DNA of 61,575 bases from Chiloscyllium plagiosum (GCF_004010195.1 NC_057718.1:1289096-1350670), one strand, 5' to 3'; numbered from the stretch's first letter, positions 1 to 14,355 are shown. The notes: a model not told the origin generated them from the sequence alone. Made by a program: numbers and translations.

Positions 1-210
1 GATGTCAGGGGTGGGTTCTTTACCCAGAGAGTGGTGGGGGCATGGAATGTGCTGCCTGTGGGAGTGGTAGAGTCAGAATCTTTGGTGACCTTTAAGCGGC
101 AATTGGATAGGTACATGGATGGGTGCTTAAGCTAGGACAAATGTTCGGCACAACATCGTGGGCTGAAGGGCCTGTTCTGTGCTGTATTGTTCTATATGTT
201 CTATGTTCTA
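1..210 (+). mobile_element. CR1/HER1 LINE 3' end
   Basis: Encodes the FFTQRVVGAWN ORF2 tail; ends in (TATGTTC)n; nearly identical to 59838-60040. Confidence 0.85.
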
Positions 211-880
211 AGGTCGGGGTGAATGTGTTGATAAAGTTGATGAACTGCTCAACCTCCTCTTGGGAGCACGAGGTGGTACCGATGCAGTCATCAATGTAGT
301 GGAGGAAAAGGTGGGGAATGGTGCCGGTGTAACTACGGAAGATGGACTGTTCTATGTAGCCGACAAAGAGACAGGCATAGCTGGGGCCCATACGGGTGCC
401 CATGGCTATCCCTTTCGTCTGAAGGAAGTGGGAGGATTCAAAAGAGAAATTGTTGAGGATAAGGATCAGTTCATTCAAACGAATGAGTGTCAGTGGAAGG
501 GTACTGGTGGGGTGTCGGGAGAGGAGGAAATGGAGGGCTTGGAACCCCTGGTCATGGCAGATGGAGGTGTAGAGGGATTGGATGTCCATGGTGAAGATGA
601 GGCATTGGGGGCCGGGGAAACGGAAGTCTTGGAGGAGGTGGTGGACGTGGGTGGTGTCCCAAACATGTGGGGAGTTCCTGAACTAGAGGTGATAGGACAG
701 TCTGGAGGAAGGTTGAGACAATGGTTCGGCTGGGGTAGTTAGGCTTGTGGATCTTGGGACAGAGATAGAATCGGGCGGTGCAGGATTCCTGAACTATGAG
801 ATGCCTGATCTGCTGCTCATTTCCAGCACCACTCTAATCTTGACTCTAATCTCCAGCATTTGCAGTCCTCACTTTCGCCT
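211..880 (-). mobile_element. Penelope-like element RT fragment, with an adjacent oppositely oriented terminal-repeat piece at ~800-880
   Basis: ORF 92..589: QTKGIAMGTRMGPSYACLFVGY...YIDD, the PLE RT signature. Confidence 0.85.
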
Positions 881-1779
881 CGGTTCTTTGATTAGTAAGG
901 GGATCAAGGATTACAGAAGAAGGCTAGGGTGTGGAGTTGAGAAAAATATCAGCAATGATCACATGATGGAGCAGATTCGATGGGCCAAATGGCCTAATTC
1001 CACTCCTATATCTTATGGATATATGGAGAAGGTGGATAGATAACATTGAGGGAAAAAGGAATGAAGGAGAAAAGGAATGAAAACATGTACAATAGTCATA
1101 TTGCTGCACTCTGCAAATGCAGCCCTTGTTGTTTTGTGGTTAATTGCAGCAGAAACTATTCAAATATCAAACTTTGATGAGCTGTAAAACAGTTCTGATG
1201 CTATAAAGTAGGACAGTGAAAACTCCCTGCTCATCTTTGAATACCAGCATAGGATCTTGGGTGCTACTTATCTGGTTTACATCCTATTCAAAATGTAGCA
1301 TATATGACCCTGGTGCTCTTCTGCCACATTGCACTGGAGCAATCAGTCTCAATTATGTGCTCAAGTTGAATATAATCAAGGATGCAACCACTCAAATCCA
1401 TTAATTTCAATGAAATCTACCCATTCCTGTCATGTTCCATTGAATGCATTCACATATGGACTGTTATCAACTTAAATTCCAGTTCTTTCGACACTTCTGT
1501 GAGAGAAACTTCTCTTTGTATTTCTCGTTTCTAACTTCTGCAAACAATTATTTAAGTCATTTTTCACTAAAGATTAGATCTCAAATGATTCAATCCTTAT
1601 ACCTCTTTTCTCATCTTGAAGCATTCTTTCCTTCTCTCACTTCATTTCTCTTCACTTACTTAAACAGTTTCAATAACTTGTTTTCTCATCCATTAATATG
1701 ATGGTTATGATCCTAGACCATGAATCCAGAGAATTCAATTCAAATCTAATCAGGAGACTTTGTGAATTTGATTTTAGAT

Positions 1780-2720
1780 TCAGTCATACAGTTTAGAAAC
1801 AGCCCCTTTGGTCCACCATACCCATGCTAACCAACAAAGACCAAATTACATTAATCCCTTTTACCTATACTTAGTCCATAGCGTACTATGCCCTGGTATT
1901 TTAAGTGCTCATCCAGATACTTCTTAGATATTGTGAGAATACCTGTTTTAATCACCCTCTCAGACAGTTTTCCATTTATTTACCACCCTCTGGGTGATTT
2001 CTTTTTTCGCAAATCAAACTCAGTCCAATGAATCTCTCCTCGTGACTGAGACTTTTCATTCTAAGCAACATGCTGGTGAATGTCCTTTGTTTCCTCTCCA
2101 GGGCAACACATCCTTCTGATAGCATGGTGAACCAGAACGTCACATAGTATTCCATCTCTGACCTAACCAATATATTATAACGTTGTAACAAGACTTCTTT
2201 GTTCCTACAGTCTACACCCTGGCTGATGAAGTCAAGCATCCCGTATGCCTTCTTTACCACCCTGTATACCTGCGCTGTCACATTCAGGAATCTATGGACC
2301 AGTACACTTTGTTCCTCAGTATTCTTTAGAGAAGTATCACCTATTGTGTAAATCCTTCCTTTGTTAGAACTCCCAAAATGCATCACCTCACACTTATCAG
2401 GATTAAATTCCATCTGCCATTGCTTTGCCCAATTAACCAGCTGATCAATATCAGACTGTATCTCAAAACCATCCTCCCCACTGTCAGTAGCAACGCCAAG
2501 TTTTGTGTCTTCTGCAAAGTTACTAATTATACCTTCTACATTCACATCCAAGTTTTTAATGTATATAACAAACAAAAAGTGTCCCAGCACCAATCACTGT
2601 GGTACACTGCTAGTCACAGGCTTCCAATCACAAAAATATCCCTCCACTATCACGTTTTCTACTTCCAAGCCAATTTTGAATCCAGGTTGCCAATTGCCTT
2701 GGATTTCATAGCTCCCACTT
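1780..2720 (-). mobile_element. CR1 LINE ORF2 3' fragment
   Basis: ORF 1976..2593 with FAEDTKL, WQMEFNPDKCEVMHFG. Confidence 0.9.
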
Positions 2721-2779
2721 TATCATAGAATCCTTATAGTGTGAATTAATACTCACTTAGAAAAATGTAGATTTATTTG

Positions 2780-3557
2780 GAAGTGTTGCTTTACGGTAGG
2801 AGACAGAGGTTGATGGTGCAGGGTTGATTTTTGAACTGGAGGCCTATGACCAGTGGTGTTCCACAGGGATCAGTACTGGGTCCATTTATATTTGTCATTT
2901 ATAGAAATGTTTTGAACGAGAATATAGGAGGCATGTTTATTAAGCTTGAGGATGACACCAAAGTTTGTGGTACAGTGGACAGTGAAGATTACCTCAGATT
3001 ACAAAGAGATCTTGATCAATTGGGTCAATGGACTGAAGACTGGCAGATAGAGTTTAATTTGGATAAATGTGAGGTATTGCATTGTGGTAAAACACAAGGG
3101 CAAGACTTACATAATTGATAGAGCCCTGGGTAGTGTTGTAGAATTGGGAGACCTAGGGATTCAGGTACATAAGTCTTTGAAATTTGCTTCACAGATAGAC
3201 AGAGTGATTAAAAAGGCATTTAGCACCCTTGCCTTCGTTAGTCAGACCTTTGAGTTTAGGAGTTGGGACATCATGTTCAGGTTACATGTGATGTTAGTGA
3301 GGCCTCTTCTGGAGTACTGTGTGCAGTTCTGGTTGTCCTGTTACAGGAAGAATGTTATTAAACTGGAGAGGGTTCAGAAAAAATTTTACCAGGATGTTGC
3401 CTGGAATAGAGAGTTTGAGTTATAAAAATAGGCTGGATAGGCAGACAACATAGAAGGTTGAGAGATGATTTTAGGTGGGAACTAGTTTAGTCTGGAAACA
3501 TGGTGAGTGTGGACGAGCTGGACTGAAGAGTCTGTTTCTGTGCTTTATGACTCTATG
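2780..3557 (+). mobile_element. CR1 LINE ORF2 3' fragment
   Basis: SGVPQGSVLGP, RPLLEYCVQFW; ends with TATGACTCTATG tail. Confidence 0.9.
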
Positions 3558-3868
3558 TCAGGATGGATTTGTTAGGGGAAAATCGTATCTAACTATCTTT
3601 GAGTTTTATGAAAGAGAGGATAGATGAGGGTAATGCTGTTGATGCAATGTACATGGACCTTCAGAAGGCATTTGATATATGTAAGCTAATTTATAGATTA
3701 TGGAATAAAAGGGTTAGTAGCAACATGAATACAAAATTTGCAATTGGAAACAGACAGCAATGATTAATTGGTATTTTTCAGTTTGGAAAGAAGTTTGTAG
3801 TGAAGTTTCCCAGGCATTGGTATTGGGAACCATACTTTTACTTATGATATAGATCTATATGTGAAGGG

Positions 3869-4464
3869 TAAAACCCACCCTTCCATCCTGGCCACACCCC
3901 CCTACAACCCACCCTCCCATCCTGGTACTGGTCAGGTCCACGCCCCCCTACAACCCACCCTCCCATCCTGGCCCCTCCCCACCTCACCGCGCAGGAACTG
4001 CAAAACCTGTGTCCACACCTCCTCCCTCACCTTCATCCAAGGCCCTAAAGGAGCCTTCCACATNNNNNNNNNNNNNNNNNNNNNNNNNNNNNNNNNNNNN
4101 NNNNNNNNNNNNNNNNNNNNNNNNNNNNNNNNNNNNNNNNNNNNNNNNNNNNNNNNNNNNNNNNNNNNNNNNNNNNNNNNNNNNNNNNNNNNNNNNNNNN
4201 NNNNNNNNCGGACTTGTCCTACCTGCCTATCTCCTTTTCCACCTATTCACTCCACCCTCTCCTCCCTGACCTATCACCTTCATCCCCTCCCCCACTCACC
4301 TATTGTACTCTATGCTACTTTTTCCCCACCCCCACCCTCCTCTAGCTTATCTCTCCACGCTTCAGGCTCTCTGCCTTTATTCCTGATGAAGGGCTTTTGC
4401 CCGAAACGCCGATTTCACTGCTGCTTGAACTGCTGTGCTCTTCCAGCACCACTAATCCAGAATC
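3869..4464 (+). mobile_element. Penelope-like element 3' part (contains an assembly gap) with 14-bp TSD
   Basis: CxRxNCKTC motif preceding the GIY-YIG region; terminal repeat with CTGATGAAGGGCTTTTGCCCGAAAC; TSD CTATATGTGAAGGG at 3855-3868 and 4465-4478. Confidence 0.85.
4064..4208. other. Assembly gap
   Basis: Run of N. Confidence 1.
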
Positions 4465-5654
4465 CTATATGTGAAGGGGGCAATTTTAAAGTTTGCAGAT
4501 AATATAAAACTTAGCAGAAGTTTTAATTGTGAGGAGGATAGTTCAAGAACCTCAAAATGACATTGACTTGTTGGTGGAGTGGGTAGATAGATGGTAGATG
4601 ATGTCCAATATGGAGAAGTGAGGGAATGTACTTTGGCACAAAGAACATGGAGAGACAGTATACAAAGTATTCCAAAGGGTGTGCAGGGGCAGGCAGGTCT
4701 GGGTGTATAGGTATACAAGTCATAGAGTATAGAGTCAGAGAGATGTACAGCATGGAAAGAGCTATTAAAGGTGGCAAGATGGGTAGAGACAGCTACAAAC
4801 AAAGCATACAGAATCTTAGTTTCATAAATAGGGACATAGAATTCAAGAGCAGCTAAGTTGTGATGAACTTATGTAAGACACTAGTTAGGCTGTTCTGAGG
4901 AAGGGTCACCAGAGCTGAAACATTAACTCTGATTTCTCTTCACAGCTGCTGCCAGATCTGCTGAGCTTTTCTAGCAATTTTTGTTTTTGTTACGGGTTAG
5001 GCCTCAGCTGAAATGTTGTATACTGGGTACTACATGATTGAAAGGATGTGAAATGCATTAGAGTGAGTACAGAAGACCCCTCTGATAACAGTTCTAGGAT
5101 TGAGATGCTTTAGTTATGAGCAAACATTAGAGAAGTGGGATTGTTTTCCTGGAACAGGAGAATGCTAAGATGAGATGTGACAGAAATTAACAGAATCGTG
5201 AAGGTATGGACAAAGGGGAAAGGGAGAAACTGTTTTTGCTCCTAACTGGTCAAGAACCAAAGGGCACACTTTTAAAGTGATTTGCACTCTTTCACACAAT
5301 GAATGGTTAGGTTCTGAATATATTTCCCGAAAGTGCATGGAGACAAATTCAATCGGAGCACTCAAGAGACACTAGATGTTTATTTAAAAAGTCTAAATGG
5401 TTCTCTAATGTGCTTCAGGGAAAGAAATCTCACCCAGCCAGGCATATATCCACACCAATACCATTGATTTTTAATATCTAAATGAGCCTAGGACAACTGT
5501 CAATTCTAACAAACTGCTATCCAATAAAATGACACACCACCAGATTCTTAGGACAATTGATAATGGCCAATAAATTTGCTTTGCTAATAAATATGAACGT
5601 ATGATTATTTTTATCAAGTGAGGGAATAAAGAACTAAGGTTTAGCATGACTTAC

Positions 5655-5704
5655 CTTATGGTTATCTCAAATATTTGATTCAGTTTACTCTGCAAAATGG
5701 TTGC
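5655..5704 (-). CDS. EFR3B: EFR3B penultimate coding exon: ATILQSKLNQIFEITIR
   Basis: ttttag|GCA...AG|gtaagt, 50 nt; matches 'ASLLQSKLNQIFEITIR'. The terminal exon (PPPSPSG...) was not found in 1-5654. Confidence 0.93.
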
Positions 5705-5839
5705 CTAAAATTAAAAGATTGAGAAGCACAAGTTAATAGATAAAACTCTGGACAGCAATAATACATAAATGGAACTATCACAAATTCAGATCAAAACCCT
5801 ACCTCATCATTCCCCATATATGATTCCAAAATACAAAGA

Positions 5840-5930
5840 CAGGAGAGGAGGGAGAGAGAAAGAGAGGGGGAGAGAGAGAGAGAGAGAGAGACATAACGAG
5901 AGAGAGAGAAAGAGAAAGAGAGAGAGAGAG
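5840..5930. repeat. (GA)n microsatellite
   Basis: Direct inspection; a second (GA)n run lies at ~6538-6567. Confidence 0.95.
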
Positions 5931-6534
5931 ATGAGTAGTCATGAATGGGAACAAATGTGACTGAGGAATGATCTGAAAGAGATTTATAAAATCATGAGGG
6001 ACATGGATTGGGTAAATAGAGAAGGACTTTTCCCAGCAGTGGGGAATTCAAAACTAAAAAGCATATGGTTAAAGTGAGAGGGTTTAGTTTAAAAAGGGAT
6101 CTAAGAGATGATTTTTTTCACACAAAGGGTGGTGCATGTATAGAATGAGTTGCTAGAGGAAGTGGTGGAGGCTGAGACAATTACAATAATTAAGAGGCAT
6201 TTGAATGGGTATATGAATAGAAAGGTTTAGAATGATATAGGTCAAATGTTGACAAATGGGACTAGATTATTCAGGATATTTGGTTGGCATAGACCAGTTA
6301 GACTGAGGGGTGTTTTTCCATAGAAAAGAACAAAGAACAATATAGCACAGTCACAAGCCCTTCAGCTCCCTCAAGCCCAAATCGACAAATTTTGCCCTTC
6401 CATACTGAAACTGTCTTCACTTACAGGATCCATATCCCTATATTTCCTTCCTATTCATATATTCGTCCAAGTGCTTTTTGTGCTGTATATCTATATGACT
6501 CTATAAGAGAGGAGCAGTCAGAATTGGGGAGTAG

Positions 6535-6569
<35 letters not shown>

Positions 6570-6993
6570 GCAGTCTGAAAAGGAGGCATGTGACAAAGAA
6601 AGAGGAACAGTCAAGAAATGGGGGAGTGAAACCCAGAGACTGGGGTAAATGAAGGACTGTTCCGATTAGTGGCTGAATGGGATACTTGGGAATGGAAAAC
6701 TCTGATTTTTATGATTATCCTGGCATTTTCAAGGCAAAACTAGCAAAGTTGATAAACAGGAGTGGATGTGGATTACTTAGCCTTTCAGAAGGCTTTTGAT
6801 AAGGTACCACAGAAGAAATGAACATGTAAAATTAAAGTGCATGGGATTGGGGTTAGTGCAGTGATAGGGATAGCAAACTATTTGTCTGACAGGAAACAAA
6901 AAGTAGGAATACAGGATCTTTTTCTCAATGGCAGGTAGTGACTTAGTTGGGTACTGCAGGGATGGGTGCTTGGACCCCATCTTCACAATATAT

Positions 6994-7802
6994 TGTTATG
7001 AAGTTGAAGGCGTGTACTGGGTCTTTAAGGGAGAGACAATGCTGTTCTGAACTGAGAGATTACAATTACCTGTAGATATGACTAGATGGCATTCTCAGAG
7101 TGTACTGGAAACTTGAAACTATATAACACTTGGCTGTGAAATGGATACTTGAGTTTTGGTTGCTGTTTTGAGAACAATTCGAATTTAACCAATCAGTTTA
7201 AATTATGCCCCAGGATACTAAAACCCAATCGAGATTGAATTAATTGTTTTGCCAACATCGAACCAATGAGACAATCCAATGTTGGGGGAAATAAGAATAT
7301 GGACAATTTGAAAATTGGCCAGAGAGCAACTGTCGTAGAGAGAGAAACTCATGGAGAGCTAATTACCATCTAACATCTTGCTCTCAAACAAATTAAAAAA
7401 CACTCTCTATCAAAGGTACCTTTTCATATTGAACACACACATTAAAAAGAAAGAAGATGATCCAGAGAGATCAGCAGCCGGAAGAGTGAAAACACAGAAG
7501 ACAGAGACTGTGTGGTTTTGAAATTAAGTTGATGTAATTTTAATAAGTGACTTATTGGAACAGCATATTGTTATAAAGTTGGAGGCAGATAGTAAGCAGT
7601 TAAGAGAAAGGGTGGCTTAGATCTGTGAATATTTTTTGTTTAATATTCACTTTTAGAGTAAGAAAATAAATTTATGTTATTTTCTTTAAATAGTGGAATT
7701 TGAGAGTTCTCTGTCCCTCATATTTTAACAGATTACGAGGCAAGGCAGCTTTTCTTGGTGTTTAGTTTAACTAACAGAGGGGTTCACCTCCGTGTTGTAA
7801 AA
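6994..7802 (+). mobile_element. Solo LTR (probably Gypsy-type) inserted in a CR1 RT region
   Basis: TGTTATGA...TGTTGTAA(A)A ends; 4-bp TSD ATAT; CR1 'FTIY|xxDLDE' coding sequence resumes across it; homologous to the split LTR at 31337-35145. Orientation is assumed. Confidence 0.8.
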
Positions 7803-10577
7803 ATATGTTCATGATTTAGATGAGTGAACTAAATGTAATGTTTCCATGTTTACAGATAACACAATGCTGGTTGGAGGTTAAACGCTAAGGAAGAGCAGGG
7901 ATTTCATAGAAACTGTGATCCTGCTAATGACAAAACAGGTTTGAGGGGCCAAATGGCCTACTTCAGTGCCTATTTCTTATGTTTTTAACATGTTTTAAGA
8001 TTCTACCAGGAGTAGAAAAGTAAAGGTAGGAAGGATGTTCCTGATGACTGGGGAGTCCAGATGACTGGTCACAGTCAAAGGATATGGAATAGACCATTGA
8101 GAACAGATATAAGCAGAAATTTCTTAACCTAGTGAATGGTGAGGCTGTGGAATTCCCTGCCACAAAAAGCAATTGAGACCAAACATTGAATGTTTTCAAG
8201 AAGGGGTTTGATGTAGGTTTTAGGGCTAAAGGGATCAAAGGACATGAACCAAAGCAAGAATTGAGATGGATGATCAGCCGTGGTGAAGCAGGCTCCAAAG
8301 GCTTAATCGGCTATTCCTGCTCCTATTTTCTATCTTTCTGTGCGCTACTGTAAAGCTTTTGATTGTGAGTGGAACATTTTATTCTTAGTTTTCATGTAAT
8401 GATAATCATTCTTACATTAGTTCTTGATGGACACAAAGTTCTCTCTATTGTGACTTCTCCTTCTTACCTTCCTCAATTTTCTCTTCTCTCCACCTCAATT
8501 TCCCCCTCTTCTCCCTACTTCAACTGCCCTCTTTGTGTGATCCTTCTTACACATTGTTATTTTTCCTTCCTCTCCTGCTCAGTAGTTTTTGAAATGTATT
8601 ACATAATGGCAACGAGCTCGAGCAAAAACACGTAACATCAGGGGACCCTTGCCTTTGGAATGGAAATACAATCATGTTTGTACAAATCATAAGATCACAA
8701 GACCATATGACATAGGAGTGGAAATAAGGTCATTCGGCCCATCAAGTCAATTCGCCATTCAATCATGGCTGATGGGAATTTCAACGCCACTTACCCACAC
8801 TCTCCCCATATCCCTTAATTCCTTGCGAGATTAAGAATTTATCAATCTCTGCTGTGAAGACATTTAACGTCATGTGATCAGGCATCTTGTGGTTAGATGC
8901 CATGTGACAAGAATGTTTTGTGATCAAACCTCCCAAATGAATGTAACCAGCGTTTAAAACTTGAATGGGATCAGAAAGATCAGAATTGTAATGATTATGG
9001 GGATGAGAACGAAGATGAAACTAGCAATGGGGATTTTAGGATGATTGTTGAGATGGTGATAGTGATATATATGTGATAAAAATGGGGACAGAGGTGCCTA
9101 AATATTTACATGAAGCAGATTTGTAGAGTTCACTAATACAAAAGCAAAATACTGCAGATGTTAGAGATCTGAAACATAACCAAACATCCTGAAAATACGT
9201 GTAAGACCATAAGGTATAGGAGCAGAATTAGGCTATTTGTCCTTTCAAGTTGCTCAGATATGTTTCTCAATCCCATCCTCCTGCCTGCTCCCTGTGACCC
9301 TTGATCCCCTTACCAATCAAGAACCCATCTAGCTCTGTTTTAAATACACTCACAGACTTAGCCTTCACAGCCTTCTGCGGCAATGAGGTCCACAGACTAA
9401 GCACCCTCAGGCCGTAGCTGTTAATGTGTCAGGACTGTCACCATTCATCAGACCTAGGTCAATATATCCTTCCCAAAGTGTGTCATCTGAAACTGAACCC
9501 AATATTAGACATGCAAATTGGAGAAATGTAGTGTGCATGGACATTAAGGAAGCCTTTCAAAAGATAAAATATAAATGATTACTAGAAATGGTTGTGTGGA
9601 AACAATGGAAGTAAACATGATTTAAAAATAGGTAGAAGGAAGAAAATGGTAGTTGGAGTTAAGGAAAGCTTCTGCATGAGTAATGTTGTATAGGATGCTG
9701 TTCTGAGGCCACTTGTCCTCAAGTTGTGATCAATGAAAAGAAACATTGTTCACATGTCAAGATGATATTGAAATCTGAGGTCTTGATAATTCTTTAAAAG
9801 ACTAAAGGATGTTACAAAGGGGTACTGATTAATTGGGGGAATAATTTCGATGTGTGAAGGAATACATTTTGTTTGAAAAAAAGCAGTAAAAATACTGAGA
9901 ATGCAAACAGGCTTCGGCAGGGGAAAAGCAGAATGATTCAAAGTCCATGATTGCAGGATGTTAATCCCATAAAGTTAGATTCATCAGGCTGTAAAAAAAT
10001 CTTACACAGCTCAGAACATAAAACCAGGATACAATGACATATCCTTAAAGAAAAACTTTAATAGATCTCAGTGAGAGTACTGTTTGGAACACTAAAGTGC
10101 ACAATATATGAACAGTATTGCACTTTAGAGAGGATACAATGCAGAATCTCTAACAGGCTAACAGGCTTGAAGAAATACAAATATGAAGAATGTTTTTGAT
10201 AATTGAAATTATTTTTATTAGAATGATGCAATGCCTATTACAGGGACATATGATCCAGCAGTTTAGAAAAATAGGGATTTCATAGAAACCATGAACAAAG
10301 AACAACAAAGAACAAAGAAAATTTACAGCCCAGGAACAGGCCCTTCGGCCCTTCAAGCCTGAGCCAGTCCAAATCTACTGTCTAAACCTGTTGGTCAATT
10401 CCTAAGCATTTGTATCCCTCTGATCCCCACCTACACATGCATCTGTCCAAACGCATCTTAAATGAATCTACCGTGCCTGCCTCTACCACCTCTGTTGGCA
10501 ATGCGTTCCAAACGCCCACCACCCTTTGTGTGAAGAACTTGCCGTGTGTATCCCCCTTAAACTTTCCACCTCTCACA

Positions 10578-13075
10578 GAGAGAACAGAGAAGATGGTAAA
10601 AGAGAAGGAGGTGTTGGTCAAGGATAGTATTACAGTTGCAGAAAGGATGTTTGGGGACTCATCAACTGAGATAGTATGGGCTGAAGTTAGAAACAGGAAA
10701 GGAGAGGTCACCCTGTTGGGAGTTTTCTATAGGCCTCCGAATAGTTCCAGAGATGTAGAGGAAAGGATAGCAAAGATGANNNNNNNNNNNNNNNNNNNNN
10801 NNNNNNNNNNNNNNNNNNNNNNNNNNNNNNNNNNNNNNNNNNNNNNNNNNNNNNNNNNNNNNNNNNNNNNNNNNNNNNNNNNNNNNNNNNNNNNNNNNNN
10901 NNNNNNNNNNNNNNNNNNNNNNNNNNNNNNNNNNNNNNNNNNNNNNNNNNNNNNNNNNNNNNNNNNNNNNNNNNNNNNNNNNNNNNNNNNNNNNNNNNNN
11001 NNNNNNNNNNNNNNNNNNNNNNNNNNNNNNNNNNNNNNNNNNNNNNNNNNNNNNNNNNNNNNNNNNNNNNNNNNNNNNNNNNNNNNNNNNNNNNNNNNNN
11101 NNNNNNNNNNNNNNNNNNNNGAAGGAAGTGGAATCTCTGGTCAAGAGGAAGAAGAAGGCTTATGTTAGGATGAGCTGTGAAGGCTCAGTTAGGGCGCTTG
11201 AGGGTTACAAGGTAGCTAGGAAAGACCTAAAGAGAGAGCTCAGAAGAGCCAGGAGGAGACATGAGAAGTTGTTGGTGGATAGGATCAGGGTAAACCCTAA
11301 GGCTTTCTACAGGTATTTAAGGAATAAAAGAACGATGAGAGTAAGATTAGGGCCAATCAAAGATAGTAGTGGGAAGTTGCGTGTGGAGTCAGAGGAGATA
11401 GGGGAAGCACTAAATGAATATCTTTCAACAGTATTCACTCTAAAAAATGACAATGTTGTCGAGGAGAATACGGAGATACAGGCTACTAGACTAGGTGGGA
11501 TTGAGGTTCACAAGGAGGAGGTATTAGAAATCCTGCAGAGTGTGAAAATAGATAAGTCCCCTGGTCCAGATGGGATTTATCCTAGGATTCTCTGGGAAGC
11601 CAGGGAGGAGATCTTTAAATCGTCATTGTCTACAGGAATAGTGCCAGAAGACTGGAGGATAGCAAATGTGGTTCCCCTGTTCAAGAAGGGGAGTAGAGAC
11701 AATCCTGGTAATTATAGACCAGTGAGCCTCACTTCAGTTGTTGGTAAAGTATTGGTAAAGGTTATAAAAGATAGGATTTATAATCATCTGGAAAATAGTA
11801 ATTTGATTAGGGATAGTCAGCAGGGTTTGTGAAGGGTAGGTCGTGTCTCACAAACCTTATTGAGTTCTTTGAGAAGGTGACCAAACAGGTAGATGAGAGT
11901 AAACTGGTTGATGTGGTGTATATGGATTTCAGCAAGGCGTTCGATAAGGTTCCCCACAGTAGGCTATTTTATAAAATACGAAGGAATGGGATTGTGGGAG
12001 ATATAGCAGTTTAGATCAGTAATTGGCTTGCTGAACAAAAAGAGGGTGGTGGTTGATGGGAAATGTTCATCCTGGAGTCCAATTACCAATGGTGTACTGC
12101 AAGGGTCGGTGTTGGGTCCACTGCTGTTTGTCATTTTTATAAACGACCTGGATGAGGGCGTAGAAGGCTGGGTTAGTAAATTTGCAGACGACGCTAAGGT
12201 CAGTGGAGTGGTGGATAGTGAAGAAGGATGTTGTAGGTTACAGAGAGACATAGATAAGCTGCAGAGTTGGGCTGAGAGGTGGCAAATGGAGTTTAATGCG
12301 GACAAGTGTGAGGTGATTCACTTTGGTCGGAGTAACCGGAATATAAAGTACTGGGCTTGTGGTAAGATTCTTGGTAGTGTAGATGAGGAGAGAGATCTCG
12401 GTGTCCAGGAACACAGATCCTTGAAAGTTGCCACCGAGGTTGACAGGGTTGTTAAGAAGGCATACAGTGTTTTAGCTTTTATTAAGAGAGATATCGAGTT
12501 CCGGAACCATGAGGCTATGCTACAGCTGTACAATACTCTTGTGTGGCTGCACATGGAGTGTTGTGTACAGTTCTGGTCACCGCATTAATAAGAAGGATGT
12601 GGAAGCTTTGGAAAGGGTGCAGAGGAGATTTACTAGGATGTTGCCTGGTAGGCCTACTAGGTCTTATGAGGAAAGGCTGAGGGACTTGAGGTTGTTTTCG
12701 TTGTAGAGAAGAAGGTTGAGAGGTGACTTAATAGAGACATATAAGATAATCAGAGGGTTAGATCGGGTGGGCAGGGAGAGCCTTTTTCCAAGAATAGTGA
12801 TGGCGAGCACGAGGGGGGCATAGCTTTAAATTGAGGGGTGATAGATATAGAACAGATGTCAGAAGTAGTTTCTTTACTCAGAGAGTAGTAACGGTATGGA
12901 ATGCATTGCCTGCAACAGTAGTAGATTCACCAACTTTAAGTACATTTAAGTCGTCATTGGACAGGCGTATGGACGTACATGGAATAGTGTAGGTTAGATG
13001 GGTTTCAGATTGGAATGACAGGTCGGCGCAACATCGAGGGCCGAAGGGCCTGTACTGCGCTATAATGTTCTATGT
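10578..13075 (+). mobile_element. CR1 LINE ORF2 (APE endonuclease fragment + RT), 5'-truncated, contains an assembly gap
   Basis: GVFYRPPN, KSPGPDGIYPRIL, NYRPVSLTS, YMDFSKAFDKVPH, FADD; few disruptions. Confidence 0.95.
10780..11120. other. Assembly gap
   Basis: Run of N. Confidence 1.
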
Positions 13076-14355
13076 TCACCTTGAAAGTATGACCTCTCGT
13101 TATTGAATCCTTCACTCTAGGAAAAAGCTTGTCTCTCTCCACCCTGTCTATACCCTTCATGATTTTGTAAACCTCAATCAGGTCCCCCCTCAATCTCCTT
13201 TTTACTGATGTAAAGAAACCTAACCTCCTCAACCCCTCTTCATAGCTAGCACCTTCCATACCAAGCAACATCCTCGTAAACCTTCTCTGCACACTCTACA
13301 AAGTGTCCACATCCTTTTGGTAATGTGGCGACCAGAACTGTACGCAGTATTCTAAATGTGGCCGAACCAATGTCTTGTACAATTTTAACATGACTTGCCA
13401 GCTCTTACACTCAATACCCCGTCCAATAAAGGCAAGCATACTATAGGCCTTCTTGACCACTCTATCCACCTGTGCAGCAACCCTGCACACCATGTGACTT
13501 CACTTTCTCCATTAGTCTACAATGGGGAAACTTATCAAATGCCTTACTAAAGTCCATGTATATGACATCAACAGCCTTGGAACCATGGAAATATTTTAAG
13601 GATAGGACCATTGATAAAAGATTAAATGTCAAAGGTTTAGTACTAAGAAGTTTTTATGAAGAGTTGTGGAGTTGTGGGTTTCATTTCCAGGGTTATGTTT
13701 GAGAAAGAAATAATATCAATATTTGAAACAAAATCAAAGAGGTTTGGAGGAATATGGGGTTGAAGAGATGTGGAAATATGGTGTGTAAATATACTTTGAA
13801 TTTTTGTTCATGTGACGGATAATGGTTGAGATGGACAAATTAGGCTGAACTGTTGGTTTTTATCTTGATACTCTTATGCCTTTTTTGTATCCCAGTTAAG
13901 TTGCCCCAGCAATTTCTTGCTTCTGTCCCAATTGTCTTCTTCCACCACTCAGTTTGACCATTCTTTCTCCTTTCAGTAATCTTTCGTTGGCTAACTACCT
14001 GAGCCCCAAATGATCAATTGATTGATTGATTTATTGTCGCATGTAGTGATGTACAGTGAAAAGCTTTGTTTGTGAGCAGTACAGGCAGATTATAGTAAGC
14101 AAAGACATACAGACCAGAGGCTGCTTGGACAGAGTAGGCATACAGGTTACACTGCATTGGAGGTGCACAAAACACGATCAACGTTAAAATGATGAATAAA
14201 TTTGGCCATTTACCTCAGCCCCACAACTACATTATGTCATTCTATGCAAACTAGCCTGCATGTACGATCATGGACTTTCTTGTCATGGAACCATAAGATA
14301 AGAAAGACGTTAGTGCTCGTCTCTGCACACATTCTTACAAACTACATGACCTTAC

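Larger units (their letters stand above)
3560..5390 (+). mobile_element. Old degraded CR1 interrupted by a Penelope-like insertion
   Basis: Degenerate YMDLQKAFD, 'tttgcagat' (FAD) and 3' FTQ-type sequence resume on both sides of 3869-4464. Confidence 0.7.
10300..13578 (-). mobile_element. CR1 3' fragment split by a younger plus-strand CR1 (pieces ~10300-10577 and ~13076-13578)
   Basis: '...tttccacctctcac' at 10577 continues as 'caccttgaaag...' at 13077; ORFs 13005..13292 and 13296..13493 are CR1 ORF2. Confidence 0.8.
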
